Shown one piece after another: positions 1 through 13,084 of a DNA stretch of 64,000 bases. Source of the stretch: Octopus vulgaris (Eukaryota); contig OX597818.1 in the NCBI GenBank assembly GCA_951406725.2, positions 7,874,001 through 7,938,000 on the forward strand, in the 5' to 3' direction. Numbering within the stretch: the stretch's first letter is position 1; each line of letters opens with the position of its first letter. Position numbers and translations under genes: made by a program. The notes under the pieces are model-generated. The model saw only the letters and a program-made list of their open reading frames with translations. It searched no databases and was not told where the DNA came from.

Positions 1-318
1 AATTCCGCCGAGGTCGACTTTGCCTTTCATCCTTTCGGGGTCGATTAAATAAGTACCAGTTACGCACTGGGGTCGATATAATCGACTTAATCCGTTTGTC
101 TGTCCGTGTTTGTCCTCTCTGTGTTTAGCCCCTTGTGGGTAGTAAAGAAATAGGTATTTCCTCTGCCGGTACGTTCTGAGTTCAAATTCCGCCAAAGTCG
201 ACTTTGCTTTTCCTCCTTTTGGGGTCGATAAATTAAGAACCAGTTTCGTAATGGGGGCTATCTAAGGGACTTGCCCTCCTCCCCTAAAATTTCGGTCCTT
301 GTGCCAAGAGCTGAAAAG
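1..318 (+). mobile_element. SINE family A, two partial copies in tandem (tRNA-like B box plus Meta/MESC-like central domain)
   Basis: GAGTTCAAATTCC B-box-like motif followed by GTCGACTTTGCCTTTCATCCTTTCGGGGTCGAT. Both copies match each other and the copies at 11127, 30690, 30935, 43480 and 57506-58184. Domain name is from recall. Confidence 0.8.
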
Positions 319-1574
319 TATATGTGTGTGTGTGTTTGTATGTGTGTAATTAAGTTTTATTTGTCCTCAAAGATAATCAACGTAGAGCTTGTAAAACTAT
401 TTCATTTACAATAATTTAACTGTTTTCATAACTTTATGATTTACAAATTTAGTGTGAGACTGAGAGAAAAGTGAAGCCATGGCGCAATAGGTTCATCTCT
501 AACAAAACAATTTAATATTTCTCCCTTGTTTGTAGAGGGATTATGGCACAAATTTCAAAATAAATAAATAAATAAATCAAACATCGAATTCGGTCATTAT
601 TCAAATAAGTGTGATTTGATTGCATGAAACGATAAATGTACCGAATACCAATGGTTGGTAGACTAGTGAATATGCCATTGAAAGTATAAATAAAAATTGC
701 ACAAACAGTTCGCTTATTAGGATAGCGTGGCAATATGGACGAGCCGAAATTCAAATTTATTGGTCCAGTGACGGTGTCATGTGACAGTAAGACCATTTCC
801 TCAGAAAAGTTGAAATATCAGAAATACACTTCTTGCGTGTATGTTTATAACAGTAAGTTGGGTATCCTTATAATAGTGCATATCATTCTTTCTTCACCTT
901 TTAGGCGTGAAACTGAACAGTATATTGCGATGGGGATTTTAGGGAATGTATTTTTGCTACAGCGTACTCAGTAATAGTTGGTTTTCTTTTATATATTTCT
1001 GATATATTTTTAACGTATTTTCCCCCTCAAAATATGTTCTCATTTAGATTTGCTTCATGCGACTTTAATTAAACTTAATACGTTTGTGTAGTTAGATTGA
1101 TTACACTCTTGACTATTGTTGAACGATTAATGTTATTTGGCTGTTGGTAAATTATCATTGTTAGGTGGCTGACTGGCTGCCACATTTGTTTTGCATCGTG
1201 CTTTAATGTTTGGTACGTCTCCATAGATATATATAGAGAATATTCTTGTTTGACGTGATTTCTATAACACAGAATATGCATCCAGTCAGGAACCCTGCTC
1301 GTCATTCGTAATTCAGGTATGTCTATTCTTTTTGCGCAATATTAGAATCGTTGAAATCTATTTTTCCAATAATAATTTTCTTCATTAGTGGAGTCTTTTA
1401 TTCCTAGTTCCAAAGTAACTGTGCAAATTGAAATTCTTCTTTCTGTATCAAAGGATGTTTCTTTATGTCTGTTTTGGATGTCCTGAAGGAATCAGCATGC
1501 ATTGTTTAGAGTTAGTTAGTTAGTTTGTAACGGCTATCAGTTCCGATGTTTTATCCTTTATACATATATATTAC

Positions 1575-1672
<98 letters not shown>
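1575..1672. repeat. (TCTA)n microsatellite
   Basis: Direct tetranucleotide run. Confidence 0.95.
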
Positions 1673-1673
<1 letters not shown>

Positions 1674-2813
1674 GTCTGTCTGTCTCCTCTCTCTCTCTCT
1701 ATATATATATATTTATATATGTGTGTGATCTGTGCGTACGTGTATGTGTGTGTTTATGTGAGTTCGGCGATAGTGTATAGTGAGAAAGTAAGGGTAGATA
1801 TACATACTTCTATAGATGATTTAAACTATGTAGCTGAAAGCAAGACAATACAATAGCTAGGTGTCTATCCATCAAAAAGCTTTAAGTTAACAACTAAATG
1901 TCAATCCAAGGTACTGGAATAAAACCTTGCTCATATTACATCACTATATATGTCTAAAGTCTATTAAGCAAACTTATGCCCAGTACACCCCTTATCCTCC
2001 CAAGATCTGTTATCGCTGGTGAATATAAAGTAAACATGTAATTTCTATATCTAATAATATCGAGGAAAAAATGTGTGCCACGTATGTTTGCTTGTGCACT
2101 CAAGATGCAATCTCTCATTATCATCCATCATCAATTCTTGGGAGTATCCATTAGGAAAGATTACAAATGATAGTAAATACAAGAAAAAGAACCGAAGTAT
2201 CATTAACAGCAATGCGATTGGAACATGTCTTCTCTATTACATGATATTTTCCTTTCGGATCTATTCGAAAGGAAAAATAAAATACTTGATAATGCATGCT
2301 CAAAGTATGCAGTATACCGGGGTATTTTCATTGCAAAAAGTTTGTCTGTAAAAAAACGATTTGAGGAAACAACTTACCGAAAGTAATCACAGGAATTTCA
2401 GAATAAACGTACAAAGAAAGAGTAAATGTAAGAATATAGAATACTGCATGTATATAGACGATGAAGGGGTACCAAATCAAATTATCTAACAGAAATGAAT
2501 TTTATTGTATTAGAAAGTATTGAGTCACATTGAAGTACCTCTAGTAAAAGGTGAACATCGCATGTATTCTGGGAAAATAGCAGGGGTAAAAATGAAGCTA
2601 TGTTACTGGATGTGGAAATGTAACTATAATGAGTATAAAAACACACACATACACGTACGCACGCAAGCACACAGACATTCACGGGAACACACAAATAATC
2701 ACACAGACGCAGAAGGTTTCTGAGCTCCGAAATCTGTTTTCGGTCTTCCTCAACAGGTGTCCTTAATAGGGACATTCTAACACTCTGAACACACCATTGA
2801 AAACATAAATTAA

Positions 2814-2945
<132 letters not shown>

Positions 2946-3492
2946 AATACCCTGATGCATTACTAGGCAGTGGCTCTCGTAGCTTCTCATCTTAACTGAT
3001 TGGAAGTGTTATCATGTACATTGTTTTGTCTTGGTATATAAGATGGGCTATAGCAAATATTCTGCCCAATACCACAGATTTGCTTGTCATTTGTTTGACC
3101 TTAACCAGTTGAGCATGTCCCTTAGTGGCTGACGATATGTGCATCTCTGATCACGAGCAGAAGTAGTGGTGGAACATTATAGCCATGTGTTGAGGGGGAT
3201 TCCGTGGGGTTTGAATAATTCACCTCTGGAAACATGAGTGTTACGTTCAACATCCTTAAACAACCCTTATTCAGGGACGTTTTGAGTGGGATGGGTTACT
3301 CGACCAGAAGAAAATTTTAACTGGGCCCCACCTGCAAACTCATGCGCTGTTTGTCTTGATATGAGGTCACCATGTCGCAAACATATGGTTGTGATGTATG
3401 TGCCTAGTGTACCCTTATCAGACGGGTAGTCATGATGGGTATATTGGGCTTCATAAATTTTGATGACATGCACTGCTCTCTCACTCAACAAT
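2946..3492 (-). mobile_element. non-autonomous interspersed repeat embedded in (TAA)n, copy A
   Basis: Highly similar to 40313-40594 and 43705-44250 (e.g. CTTAACTGATTGGAAGTGTTATCA, AATACCACAGATTTGCT). (TAA)n on both sides. Strand inferred from right-side truncation of copy B. Confidence 0.75.
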
Positions 3493-3493
3493 G

Positions 3494-3566
<73 letters not shown>

Positions 3567-3572
3567 TAATAA

Positions 3573-4223
3573 TTTCATTTATTTGCCACAAGGGTGAAGG
3601 ATGAGCAGACAATACAAAGACAGACATAAAGTGTTGGGGTTTACATATAATGAATTGATGAATCACATCAAAGAAAGTATATACAGTATACACCGAAAAC
3701 GAAGGAACATATACACAGCATACAAAGGTTTAAAAAAGCAAAAGTGGCGAGGAAGATGATAGAGATGTAACCCTCCTGATAAAGAAAGGCCTCTAGGGAT
3801 TATCGAGGATCCCCACAGTCCAAGGTTTCCCTGAAACTCCAAGGGCAAATGACCTCTTCAATTCCTTTTCTCTAGCTCACAGATCTACTCTTAGAGAGAT
3901 ACCATCCACTCTTGCTCTTTTCGCAACTTTCGCCCAGCTTTCAGTAACCTCACTGGAGGACAGCACTCCCCTCTCTGCTCTTAATTTCCTTTCAAAAAGA
4001 AACTTGAAGTCAATGAGAGCTCTACCAAAGAGGAATGCATCTGTTTTCATGCCTTTTAGCCTTGTCCAGTAAACAATCTCTGTCTCCACAGCCACCAGGC
4101 AAAGGGAAACTGCCTTGCCTACCCGATTGAAGTAGGGTGGCGGTGCGATCATCACTACAGACTCGGCCAACAGACGGATCTGTCCCACACCTGGCAGAAT
4201 CGTAGCATCCTGAACTGACGGTC
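3573..4223 (-). mobile_element. L1/Tx1-like LINE 3' fragment (ORF2 C-terminus plus 3' UTR), 5'-truncated
   Basis: ORF 3877-4188 (PPYFNRVGKAVSLCLVAVETEIVYWTRLKG...FLFGRALIDFKF) matches the frames at 42773-43069. The 3' end ...CCCTTGTGGCAAATAAATGAAATT runs into an (ATT)n tail. Confidence 0.75.
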
Positions 4224-4281
<58 letters not shown>

Positions 4282-4362
4282 TAATAATAATAATAATAAT
4301 ATCAATAATAATAGCAACAACAATAACAACAATAATAACAACAATATTAGTATTATTATTAA

Positions 4363-4413
<51 letters not shown>

Positions 4414-4418
4414 CATCA

Positions 4419-4491
<73 letters not shown>

Positions 4492-4517
4492 CATTATTAT
4501 TATTATTATTATTATTA

Positions 4518-4570
<53 letters not shown>
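4224..4570. repeat. (AAT)n array joined to its reverse complement (ATT)n array
   Basis: Repeat polarity switches near 4345. Confidence 0.95.
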
Positions 4571-4572
<2 letters not shown>

Positions 4573-5559
4573 AAATCATAATATTGTATTAACTATTCTT
4601 AGGATGAATGATGAAAGCGAAACTTGCTGTGAAAAGTTTAAGGTGCCGGAGATGATGCACAGTTCTCAGCTGAATGCACGTGACAGAAGGCGGGGGAGGT
4701 TCAATTGTCTTCTGCTGCAACGGGCTGCCGCATTTAGTGGATAAGATCCTATGCCCCACCTTGGGTTGTATGAGAGAGAGAGTAAATATATACATATACA
4801 CATAAAATAGGTATATACATATTTACATACATTTTGTTGGATGGCCGTTGACTATTCAGGAGTTCATCCGCCCTTTGACAGGCTTTATTTTTCATCCTGC
4901 AGGGTGTCCAACAACACCCTCCTCACAAAGCAAGCCAGCTGGGGTTGCCAATTTAGTCGCCGACGACCCGACCATGCGACAGGTTGTACTTGTTTACATG
5001 TTACCAGTAGCACTCAAGAGCGACCTGACTCAAATTGACTATTCAATGAGTGAGGGAACACAATCTGAAATCATTTAGTATTCATGAAATAATACGGGTT
5101 GACATATAATATAATATAATATAATATAATATAATATTATATTATATTATATTATATTATATAACAATAGAATAGAATAGAAAAGAACAATCGTATATAA
5201 CATAGTGTAAGACCGTATAAAATATTATTTAATAGTGCTATCTAAACATAAAACAGACGCATGTCTATGTGAAAATGCTTGGGTATATAATCGTATGTAT
5301 AATACGTGTAAATGTATGGGCGTACGTACAGATTGTTGCACATCCAATAAAGTACACATTGTTCCCAGTTGTCTAATACATATTTATGAAACTACTGAGG
5401 TACTTTTATCAGGATTGGTCGTATATTTTAATTTTTCTACATATTGTTAATATCTTGGATAAATGGGAAAGATACTTTCTGCTATTATCCCGGTGATCAC
5501 AATTTTGCGATCAATGTTCGTGATATATGTATCATTGAAGTAGACGCAAATATCGAAGC

Positions 5560-5800
5560 CAATCTCCTCCAGCTAAACAAGCACATTCTAGCGTTCAAGC
5601 CAAGTCGCAATTTGGAGTCTGTTTCAAAAACATTGGCATAAAATATTTTAATAAGTGATGCATTACTCGAATGATTGCTTCTAGCCACATTAGTTACTAT
5701 ACGAATAGCTCATGCTCCGGCAAATCATCTACCGGTGGTCAAAAGACAAAATATGAAAACGCATGTATAAACATGCAAAGATATGCAGGTATGTATAAAA
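5560..5800 (+). mobile_element. possible highly decayed RTE-clade LINE C-terminal remnant
   Basis: SCSGKSSTGGQKTKYENAC resembles the RTE motif GKRxxGGQKKRYKD. No other strong motif. Confidence 0.3.
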
Positions 5801-7819
5801 GTTTTAATCAAATTATACAACTATTGACAAACTACCAGAAATTGAATTCGTTATTCAGTACCGAAACTGAATAGCATGTAAAAGACAAACGTTAAAAGTA
5901 TTTGCATTGGGACATCCCTACATCGAAAACCGGTGATTGTCATACGCCGACGACAGGTCAATACCTAGAAACTACAGTCCGTGCGTATCACTTAGGTTGG
6001 CGCGGCAGGGATGATCTCCCTTTGCAAATACCATAAGGACACAGAAAGTGTGCCTAAAGCCAGCTGGAGACGATGTTCTCCTGGGGCTACAAGCTACAGT
6101 AACACCCACCCTTAGTGGTTAACCATATTGAGATGGCAAGTATACCTCACATTGTCGTGCAGTTACTGTTTATACCTCGTTCAGAGGTTTATTTTTGCTA
6201 TATATATATATGTATTTATGTATGTGCATATTTATATCCGTATGTATATATATATATATGTATGTTTGTGTATGTATGCATGAGAGAATATGTATCTAAG
6301 TATATATGTATGTATATACGCATATTATATAAATAACAACGCAGCGACATGAACACGAACAATTATTAGAACACGAAGATGAATTTATTGTATGATGAAG
6401 AATAGGGAATCTTGAATACAGCAGCTGAAAATATTTTAAAAAAATCACCAGCCACCAAGAAAACTCAGGCTAAAATACTTTATCAATTGAAATCTTATTT
6501 TGATTCCTCCATATCTGTCAATGTATGTATATATGTATCTTTTACTTCACGTCTGCGGACCTGATATGATGTTTACAATCTTAGTATACCTACATTTCAA
6601 TTTATTAAATTATTTCTGTTATGCTGTTGGATCTCAAATTTACGTTGTTCACAGCGTATATGTGTGTATGTGCGTGTGTGTATTATATATATATATACGA
6701 GGATGTGTTCCTGGGGCTATAAACGCCAGTAGCACTGTGCGGTGTAGGACGCCATACTTGGTTGTCAATTATGTTACGATTCCGTATTGCTACTATTTAC
6801 ATCGCACTCAGATATATTTATATATATATATATACATATATATATATGTATGTATATGTATGTATGTATATGTACGTATGTATGTATGCATGTATGTATG
6901 TATGTATGTAAGTATATATATATATACTTATCTCTCTATCTATATTATGTTCACATACTGGATACGTAGAATACATTACCACTCATGAACTCCTAATTTA
7001 TGCACATAGCCAACAATTTTGAGTGGAGAAATGAACCGATATGATAATCCCTAATACTTGATTCGTTCCACAATTTGTTGAGCCTAGGTGAATGAGAGCT
7101 ATTGTTCACACCATATGACTTCGAACTGAGAACGCTAAGGCTTGGGATAAAGGCAAAGAGCATTTGTAAAACAGTTTCACGATTTTGACTAATGATTCAT
7201 TTTATATTTACGATTGAGGGAAGAATCGATATAGTCCAAAAACGTTTTCACATCTGAAATTTTTTACGCATATTAGAAATAAAGATGTTTTCCTCAAACG
7301 AATGCCTCACTGATTTACTTATGTCTTTCTTTCTTCGGTTTTCAAATCCGACCAATGTATCTTTTGTATTCCATGATTTGAGGATGAGTAAAATTAGTAA
7401 CATATATACAATAAAATTGTTTCTACCGATTTCGTTTGTCATTGTATGTGTTTGTCTCACTTAAAAATACAAAATGGCATATTCAATACTTGCCTGTTAA
7501 TACTTTGTTTTATGAATACTAAGTCATCAGGCACTCTATTTCATATAATGCATTGGAAAGAGAAGGCCTGGTCCACGCCAGTATTGCGCATGTATTATAT
7601 TTTTACGTAAAAATACAAGTCCAATGCCGATGAATGAAGAACCGTATTTTGATGAAAAAATGGTGTCGTGAGTCGAGATTTACACTCACTTTCTTCATGA
7701 AATATAAACACATTTCACAAAAAAAAAGGAAGAAGAAAAGAATTAAAATTGGCTTAAGTTACGTAGTTGTATTGAATGCAATATGGCTTGATCTTGCCCC
7801 GAATTGATACACACACATA

Positions 7820-7940
7820 TATAGAATAAGTACTAGGCTTACAAAGAATAAATCCTGGGGTCGATTTCTTCCACTAAAGGTGGTGCTCTAGCATGGCCGC
7901 AGTTAAATGACTGAAATAAGCAAAAGAAAAGAATAAATGA
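7820..7940 (+). mobile_element. SINE family B (CORE-like, OR-type) 3' part
   Basis: AGAATAAGTACTAGGCTTACAAAGAATAA...GCATGGCCGCAG...AAATGACTGAAA, shared with the copies at 21208, 24112, 25303 and 28365. Confidence 0.8.
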
Positions 7941-8043
7941 AAGTGGTTGATTATCGAATAAAATTCAGGGAAAATTTAGCTTTATAGCAGCTAGCTATGA
8001 ATGTGGGGATCAAATAATGTTTAGAAAAATAGTCCCCGGTTCT

Positions 8044-8052
8044 GTAGTAGTG

Positions 8053-8118
<66 letters not shown>
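8044..8118. repeat. (GTA)n microsatellite
   Basis: Direct reading. Confidence 0.95.
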
Positions 8119-10274
8119 ATGCTAATTGTGTTAGCGTAGTTGGTGTTGGTGGCGGCGGTCTTAGTGGTAGTAGTATTAATAGTATTGGAAGGGGGTCGTT
8201 GATATTGGTGATTGTAGTGGACACAACGGTAATGAACACTACATAAAAAAAAACATTATTATATTATTAGATTGGAAACAGAAGAGCAGTTTTCATATAG
8301 TGATTGTTTAAATGTTATTCCATCATCGTCATCATTGTTATCATCTTGAGCAGCTTCTCCGTTATAACATTCATGTATGAGAATAGGATAATGGCGATTG
8401 AAAGTCGGCTTGAAGAAACACAAAAAGTGGATTGTTTAATCTGAGATAATTGTAATTGCCGAACTGATTGCGAGAAAGACAAAAACTTGTCTAATCTGTG
8501 CTAGCCTGATTGAGAGAGGCATGCGGGAGAACTATCAGACGTAGCGGAAAAGCTGGGGACTCTGACAGGATAAAGTGTTGTAGGATAATTTCTTGGTGGT
8601 TATTTACGCGTATTATTTATATTTTTCTCTTTAGAAAAGTCGCGTTTTCACTAGACCTGCTAGAATAAAATAAATAAATAAATAAATAAATAAATAAAAT
8701 AAACGCAGTTATATTATATGCATTTTCTTCAAATAAAATCTGCCCTTTTGAGGAGATGATTTTCTTTTTTTGTTTGTGTGTGTGTTTTGTGATGACGTCT
8801 TCTATCAAATTGGTATTGCTCATAAGTACAAGTGTGAAGTGGATAAGGGGGATTTAATCTTCAGTGTTTGGCAGTATATTTAAGTGTTACGATTATCGCC
8901 TTTCCTATATTTGTTTTCGTTCCATTCTTAACTCTGATATTAGCATTGGTGGATGATATAATGGTTTTAAACCTTGAATGGCCTTTCTTTGAGATAATTT
9001 TGTCTTCGCCCCGACAAATGTATTTTGCATTGGACTCGTCTCACTATCAATGCAAGCACTGACTCGGCAAGAAAAGGCAGATATGTAAACGTGTAAGACG
9101 AGTTTTCATCTGAAGATGTAATAGAGACTATGGTGGTAGAAAGAGAATTCTTTTACCCTCTGGCTTGCGTTGCTGGTCTCTATGTCATTGTGCTGTTTTG
9201 GGAGCTACTCTCCGACATTGAGGCTAAGGTTTGTGTAGCTCGCTTCTGTTGTTACATCTGTTGATGGTGCTGGTGCCGTTTTACTAGTTGGTAATAGTGT
9301 TTTTTGAATGACTTTTCTTTGTTTCATAATAGCCGTTCTTATAAGTATTGTATTTGCTACGGTTGACATATTGTTTTTGCGATGACTATGGTTTAGGTAG
9401 CACTGAGTCATATCTCACAGCTCTCTTTTTTGTTCAACAAAGACATAATGCCGGAGTTGAGTTACAAAAAACTGCCGCTCCACATCTCTCTAAGTTATAC
9501 TTTTAACTCATGGAGAGTATATCTTCTCATTAGTTTTTAACGGAAACAATCGCCGCAAATAAGAGTTCCCGGTACTCCTTCGCATCCTTTAAGAATTAAC
9601 TGCGTACTTAGCTCTCCTGCTTGCATATCTTCCAAGGAGGATTATTTGTGAAACAGTGAGATTATTGCATAGGAACATGCACTTATATATGTTTGTGAGT
9701 GGAATTCCAGAAAACACAATAAATTATATACGTCCCAACTTTGGCAATAGTGTTGGTAAGTGTAGTAAGTATTCTTTATTGTTGTTGCGACTGGTATTCT
9801 TTTTCGCTCTCAGTCAGATCTGAGGTCGAGTCTACGACGGTAGAGACCTTATGCATTCTTGGACCCCGAACTACATCCCTGCTCCCTAGCATCAGGTCAA
9901 AAATGGCAATCCTCAAGTGCGAGACCCGTAAGTCGGAATGGATATTTCATTGCTTCTACCTTAACTTCTCCGAGGCAAAGCCTTTTAAATTAGTCCTCCG
10001 GGACGATGAGACGGACTGACAAGATTTTTTTTTAGTTACAGTTGCTGTGCATATTATGACACTTGTTTACATAGTGTTCCCAAATTTGTTGTTCTAATAC
10101 TAGCGGTACACGTGAATAATTCACGGAATTAACGGTAAACCGATTGGGTTATTTCTGAAAATTTAATCCAAAGAACCTGAAAGTGTAGCCTGTGTCTCGT
10201 CTGATTGGAAAAATGGTCGCTCATCTGTTACTCATTAAAAAGTGAAGGAAATCGGAATACAGTGATTACTTATT

Positions 10275-10337
10275 TATTTTTTTATTCTGGTAATTGTTTC
10301 AGCAGTTTGACTGCGGTCATGCTGCTGCACCGCCTTA
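10275..10337 (-). mobile_element. SINE family B 3' tail fragment
   Basis: Reverse complement AAGGCGGTGCAGCAGCATGACCGCAGTCAAACTGCTGAAACAA matches the family B tail. Confidence 0.75.
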
Positions 10338-10349
10338 AAAAGCATGAGC

Positions 10350-10399
10350 CTCCCCAGCAGGGAATCGATCCCTGGTCTCCAGCGTGACAGGCAGGGATA
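10350..10399 (-). pseudogene. tRNA-Asp(GTC) pseudogene, 5'-truncated or decayed
   Basis: Minus strand TATCCCTGCCTGTCACGCTGGAGACCAGGGATCGATTCCCTGCTGGGGAG aligns to the 3' two-thirds of eukaryotic tRNA-Asp (anticodon loop CTGTCAC). D-arm not recognisable and T-loop mutated. Confidence 0.8.
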
Positions 10400-11126
10400 A
10401 ATACACTTTATGCACAATTTTATAGACTTAATACACAACACTCATAAAATAAATATTCACTCATAGTTTTTATTTTTACCATACACAAACAAAAAATATA
10501 CATCGCCGTACATACGATACATCCTTTAGTTAAATTGCATATATCTGGAACGTAAATAACGGGAATATTTGGTGAAATTGCACTTATGCGCAAACGTTAA
10601 GTGATAGGTGATATAAAAACTTAGTACAATTTTTAAATAATGCAGTTTTCACTATGCACTACTCCACCACCACCACCACCATCATCTCTCTACGCTTCTC
10701 CTATATCTCCCTTCTGTCTCCCTCCTATCTCCCCCCCCTCACTCTGCCTTTCTTTAACTTCACCACAAGAAAATCAACCCTCTGCTACAAATATATTTCT
10801 AACGCTTCTCTATATCACTAACTTCAGCTAAAATTTTTAACCACGTAATGAATATTACGTTCCCCCTACCTCAAGCCATGGACACTTTTCTTTCTTACTT
10901 TTCTCTCTTTTATTCTCTCTTTCCCTTCAGCTAATCACGTGAAGGCATTACAATTACGTTCCCTCCACCTCACGTCTTGACGCTTCTCTTGCCATCTTTT
11001 TGTCTCCCGTATTCTCTCTGCCTTTTTCTCTCCCTCTTTCTCTTTGTCCATCTTTTTCTCTCTGTCACTTTTCTTTCTCCCTCTTTTACTCTAAAGCAGT
11101 GTTATTATAAGATTAGTATCGTTTGT

Positions 11127-11335
11127 CAAGCGGTGAGCTGGTATAGTTAGCACGCCGGGCAATATGCACAGTAGCGGTTCGTTGACTTTCAAGTTCTCAA
11201 TTCATATTCCACCGAGGTGGACTTTGATTTTTTCATTTCATGTTCGATAAAATATGTACAAGTTGAGTAGTGGCGTCGATATAATCGACTTATCCCATCC
11301 CCCAATCTTGCTGGCCTTGTGCCAAAATTTGAAAT
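11127..11335 (+). mobile_element. SINE family A, near full length, diverged
   Basis: Head GCGGTGAGCTGG...GTTAGCACGCCGGGC, body CCACCGAGGTGGACTTTG, tail GGCCTTGTGCCAAAATTTGAAA. Confidence 0.75.
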
Positions 11336-11792
11336 TATCACCGTCGTTGTTTGTAATGGTGTTTTGTAGTTGTTCTTTCTTGCTGTTAATCTTACAGTTG
11401 ATGTTTTCACGTTGTAAGTTTGCTCTTTAGGAACATTAGTTGCCCAACGCTATCATTCTCAAGGGTCGCTAAGTTACAGATGAAATAATAATTCGCTCAA
11501 ATTCTCTAACATTCTCTGTAGCGCTAATTTTTAATATTTCAAACTTGTGCTTCTTTCTGCCAAATATTATAAATGTAAAAGAATGCATCCTGATCTTAAG
11601 TGGAAAACATGTGATACAAAAATTTGAAGAAAAACGAAGAAAAAGATTTCGACACTTTAAATGGCACGTAGATGAAGAGCAACTACACGTATATACAACT
11701 GGGGATGTTGTACTTCAAAATGATCATCAATTATTAAGCAAACAAAACCTCAAATTAAAGAAACATGTATGATTTCCAAAATGTAGATACAA

Positions 11793-12225
<433 letters not shown>

Positions 12226-13084
12226 GGCTCATCTGGTTAGGGTCAAGAAACTGACAAGTAAATCTGTGGTACTGAGAAGAATATTTTCTTTAGCCCATCT
12301 TTTATACCAAGACAAAACTATGTGCATGATAACACTCACACTAAGCTCGACGAGACCCCAAAATCTCAAACGGTGGAACAAGCAGGTGGCGACTATAGCA
12401 GATCTCAACACCTGAAGAAGAGGATGGAGAGGGCCATGCATAACTGATACGTTACAGAAGGCTCCACTTAGAACCATAAACGGGAAAGCGGCAGTCCGTT
12501 TCAGTTTCATAACTGGATTCTGCATGTCTCACTCTACATGTGGCGCGAAGGAAGGTCATGAAACCAAGCGTATGGGTCACTTTGAGGCAAGAATATACTA
12601 TAATATGATACAATACAATACAATATAATGTGTGTGTGTGTGCCTGTGTGTGTGTAGATAGATATCAATTATCTATATCTGTGTATATATATCCACACAC
12701 ACACACACTCACACACACATGTATATACTGAATGTAAGTGAGTACATATGTATGTATATACATGTCATTTGTGAGTGGCATATGATTTGGCATTCTATTC
12801 GGCCAGAGAATTTCTAGAAGTTTCGATTGTAAGATTTACAGATTTTAGTGAGGAGCAATATCCCATCTTGAGTTACATATTGAAACACACCGTGTCTGTC
12901 ATTCGGGCAATGAGGTTTTGCTTTAGTTGCAGTTGTATATGTCGTTCATATTTTAAAACGTGTTCCATATTTCTGGTAGTACACTTTCTTCATTTCTCTG
13001 CTGCAGTTTTCTTTTATCATATTTTTCTTCTCCTCCTTTGCTCAGTGCAAACAATAAATACACACTTATAAATGCATGAATATA

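Larger units (their letters stand above)
10100..11112 (-). mobile_element. probable non-autonomous Helitron
   Basis: On the minus strand it starts A|TCTTATAATAAC (11112) and ends with the hairpin CGTGAA-tta-TTCACG (10111-10125), 7 nt before CTAG|T (10100). These are canonical 5'-TC and 3'-CTAG ends in an A|T site. Confidence 0.55.

Noticed and set aside
3128-3170. CTGACGA in the (TAA)n-embedded repeat as a hammerhead core
   Set aside because: No stem II followed by GAAA, and the motif is not kept in copy C.
4022-4592. Poly-N/I/L ORFs here and similar homopolymer or dipeptide ORFs throughout (e.g. 11750-12111, 27362-27697, 29638-30424, 35100-35465, 40697-41353)
   Set aside because: Translations of microsatellites.
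4840-5040. GC-richer block as a possible RTE 5' UTR or HDV-like ribozyme
   Set aside because: I could not assemble the nested double pseudoknot by eye; single copy in the window.
8860-9450. Possible Penelope GIY-YIG remnant (minus strand AFSCRVSAC...NTFVG)
   Set aside because: Similarity too weak to support without a profile search.
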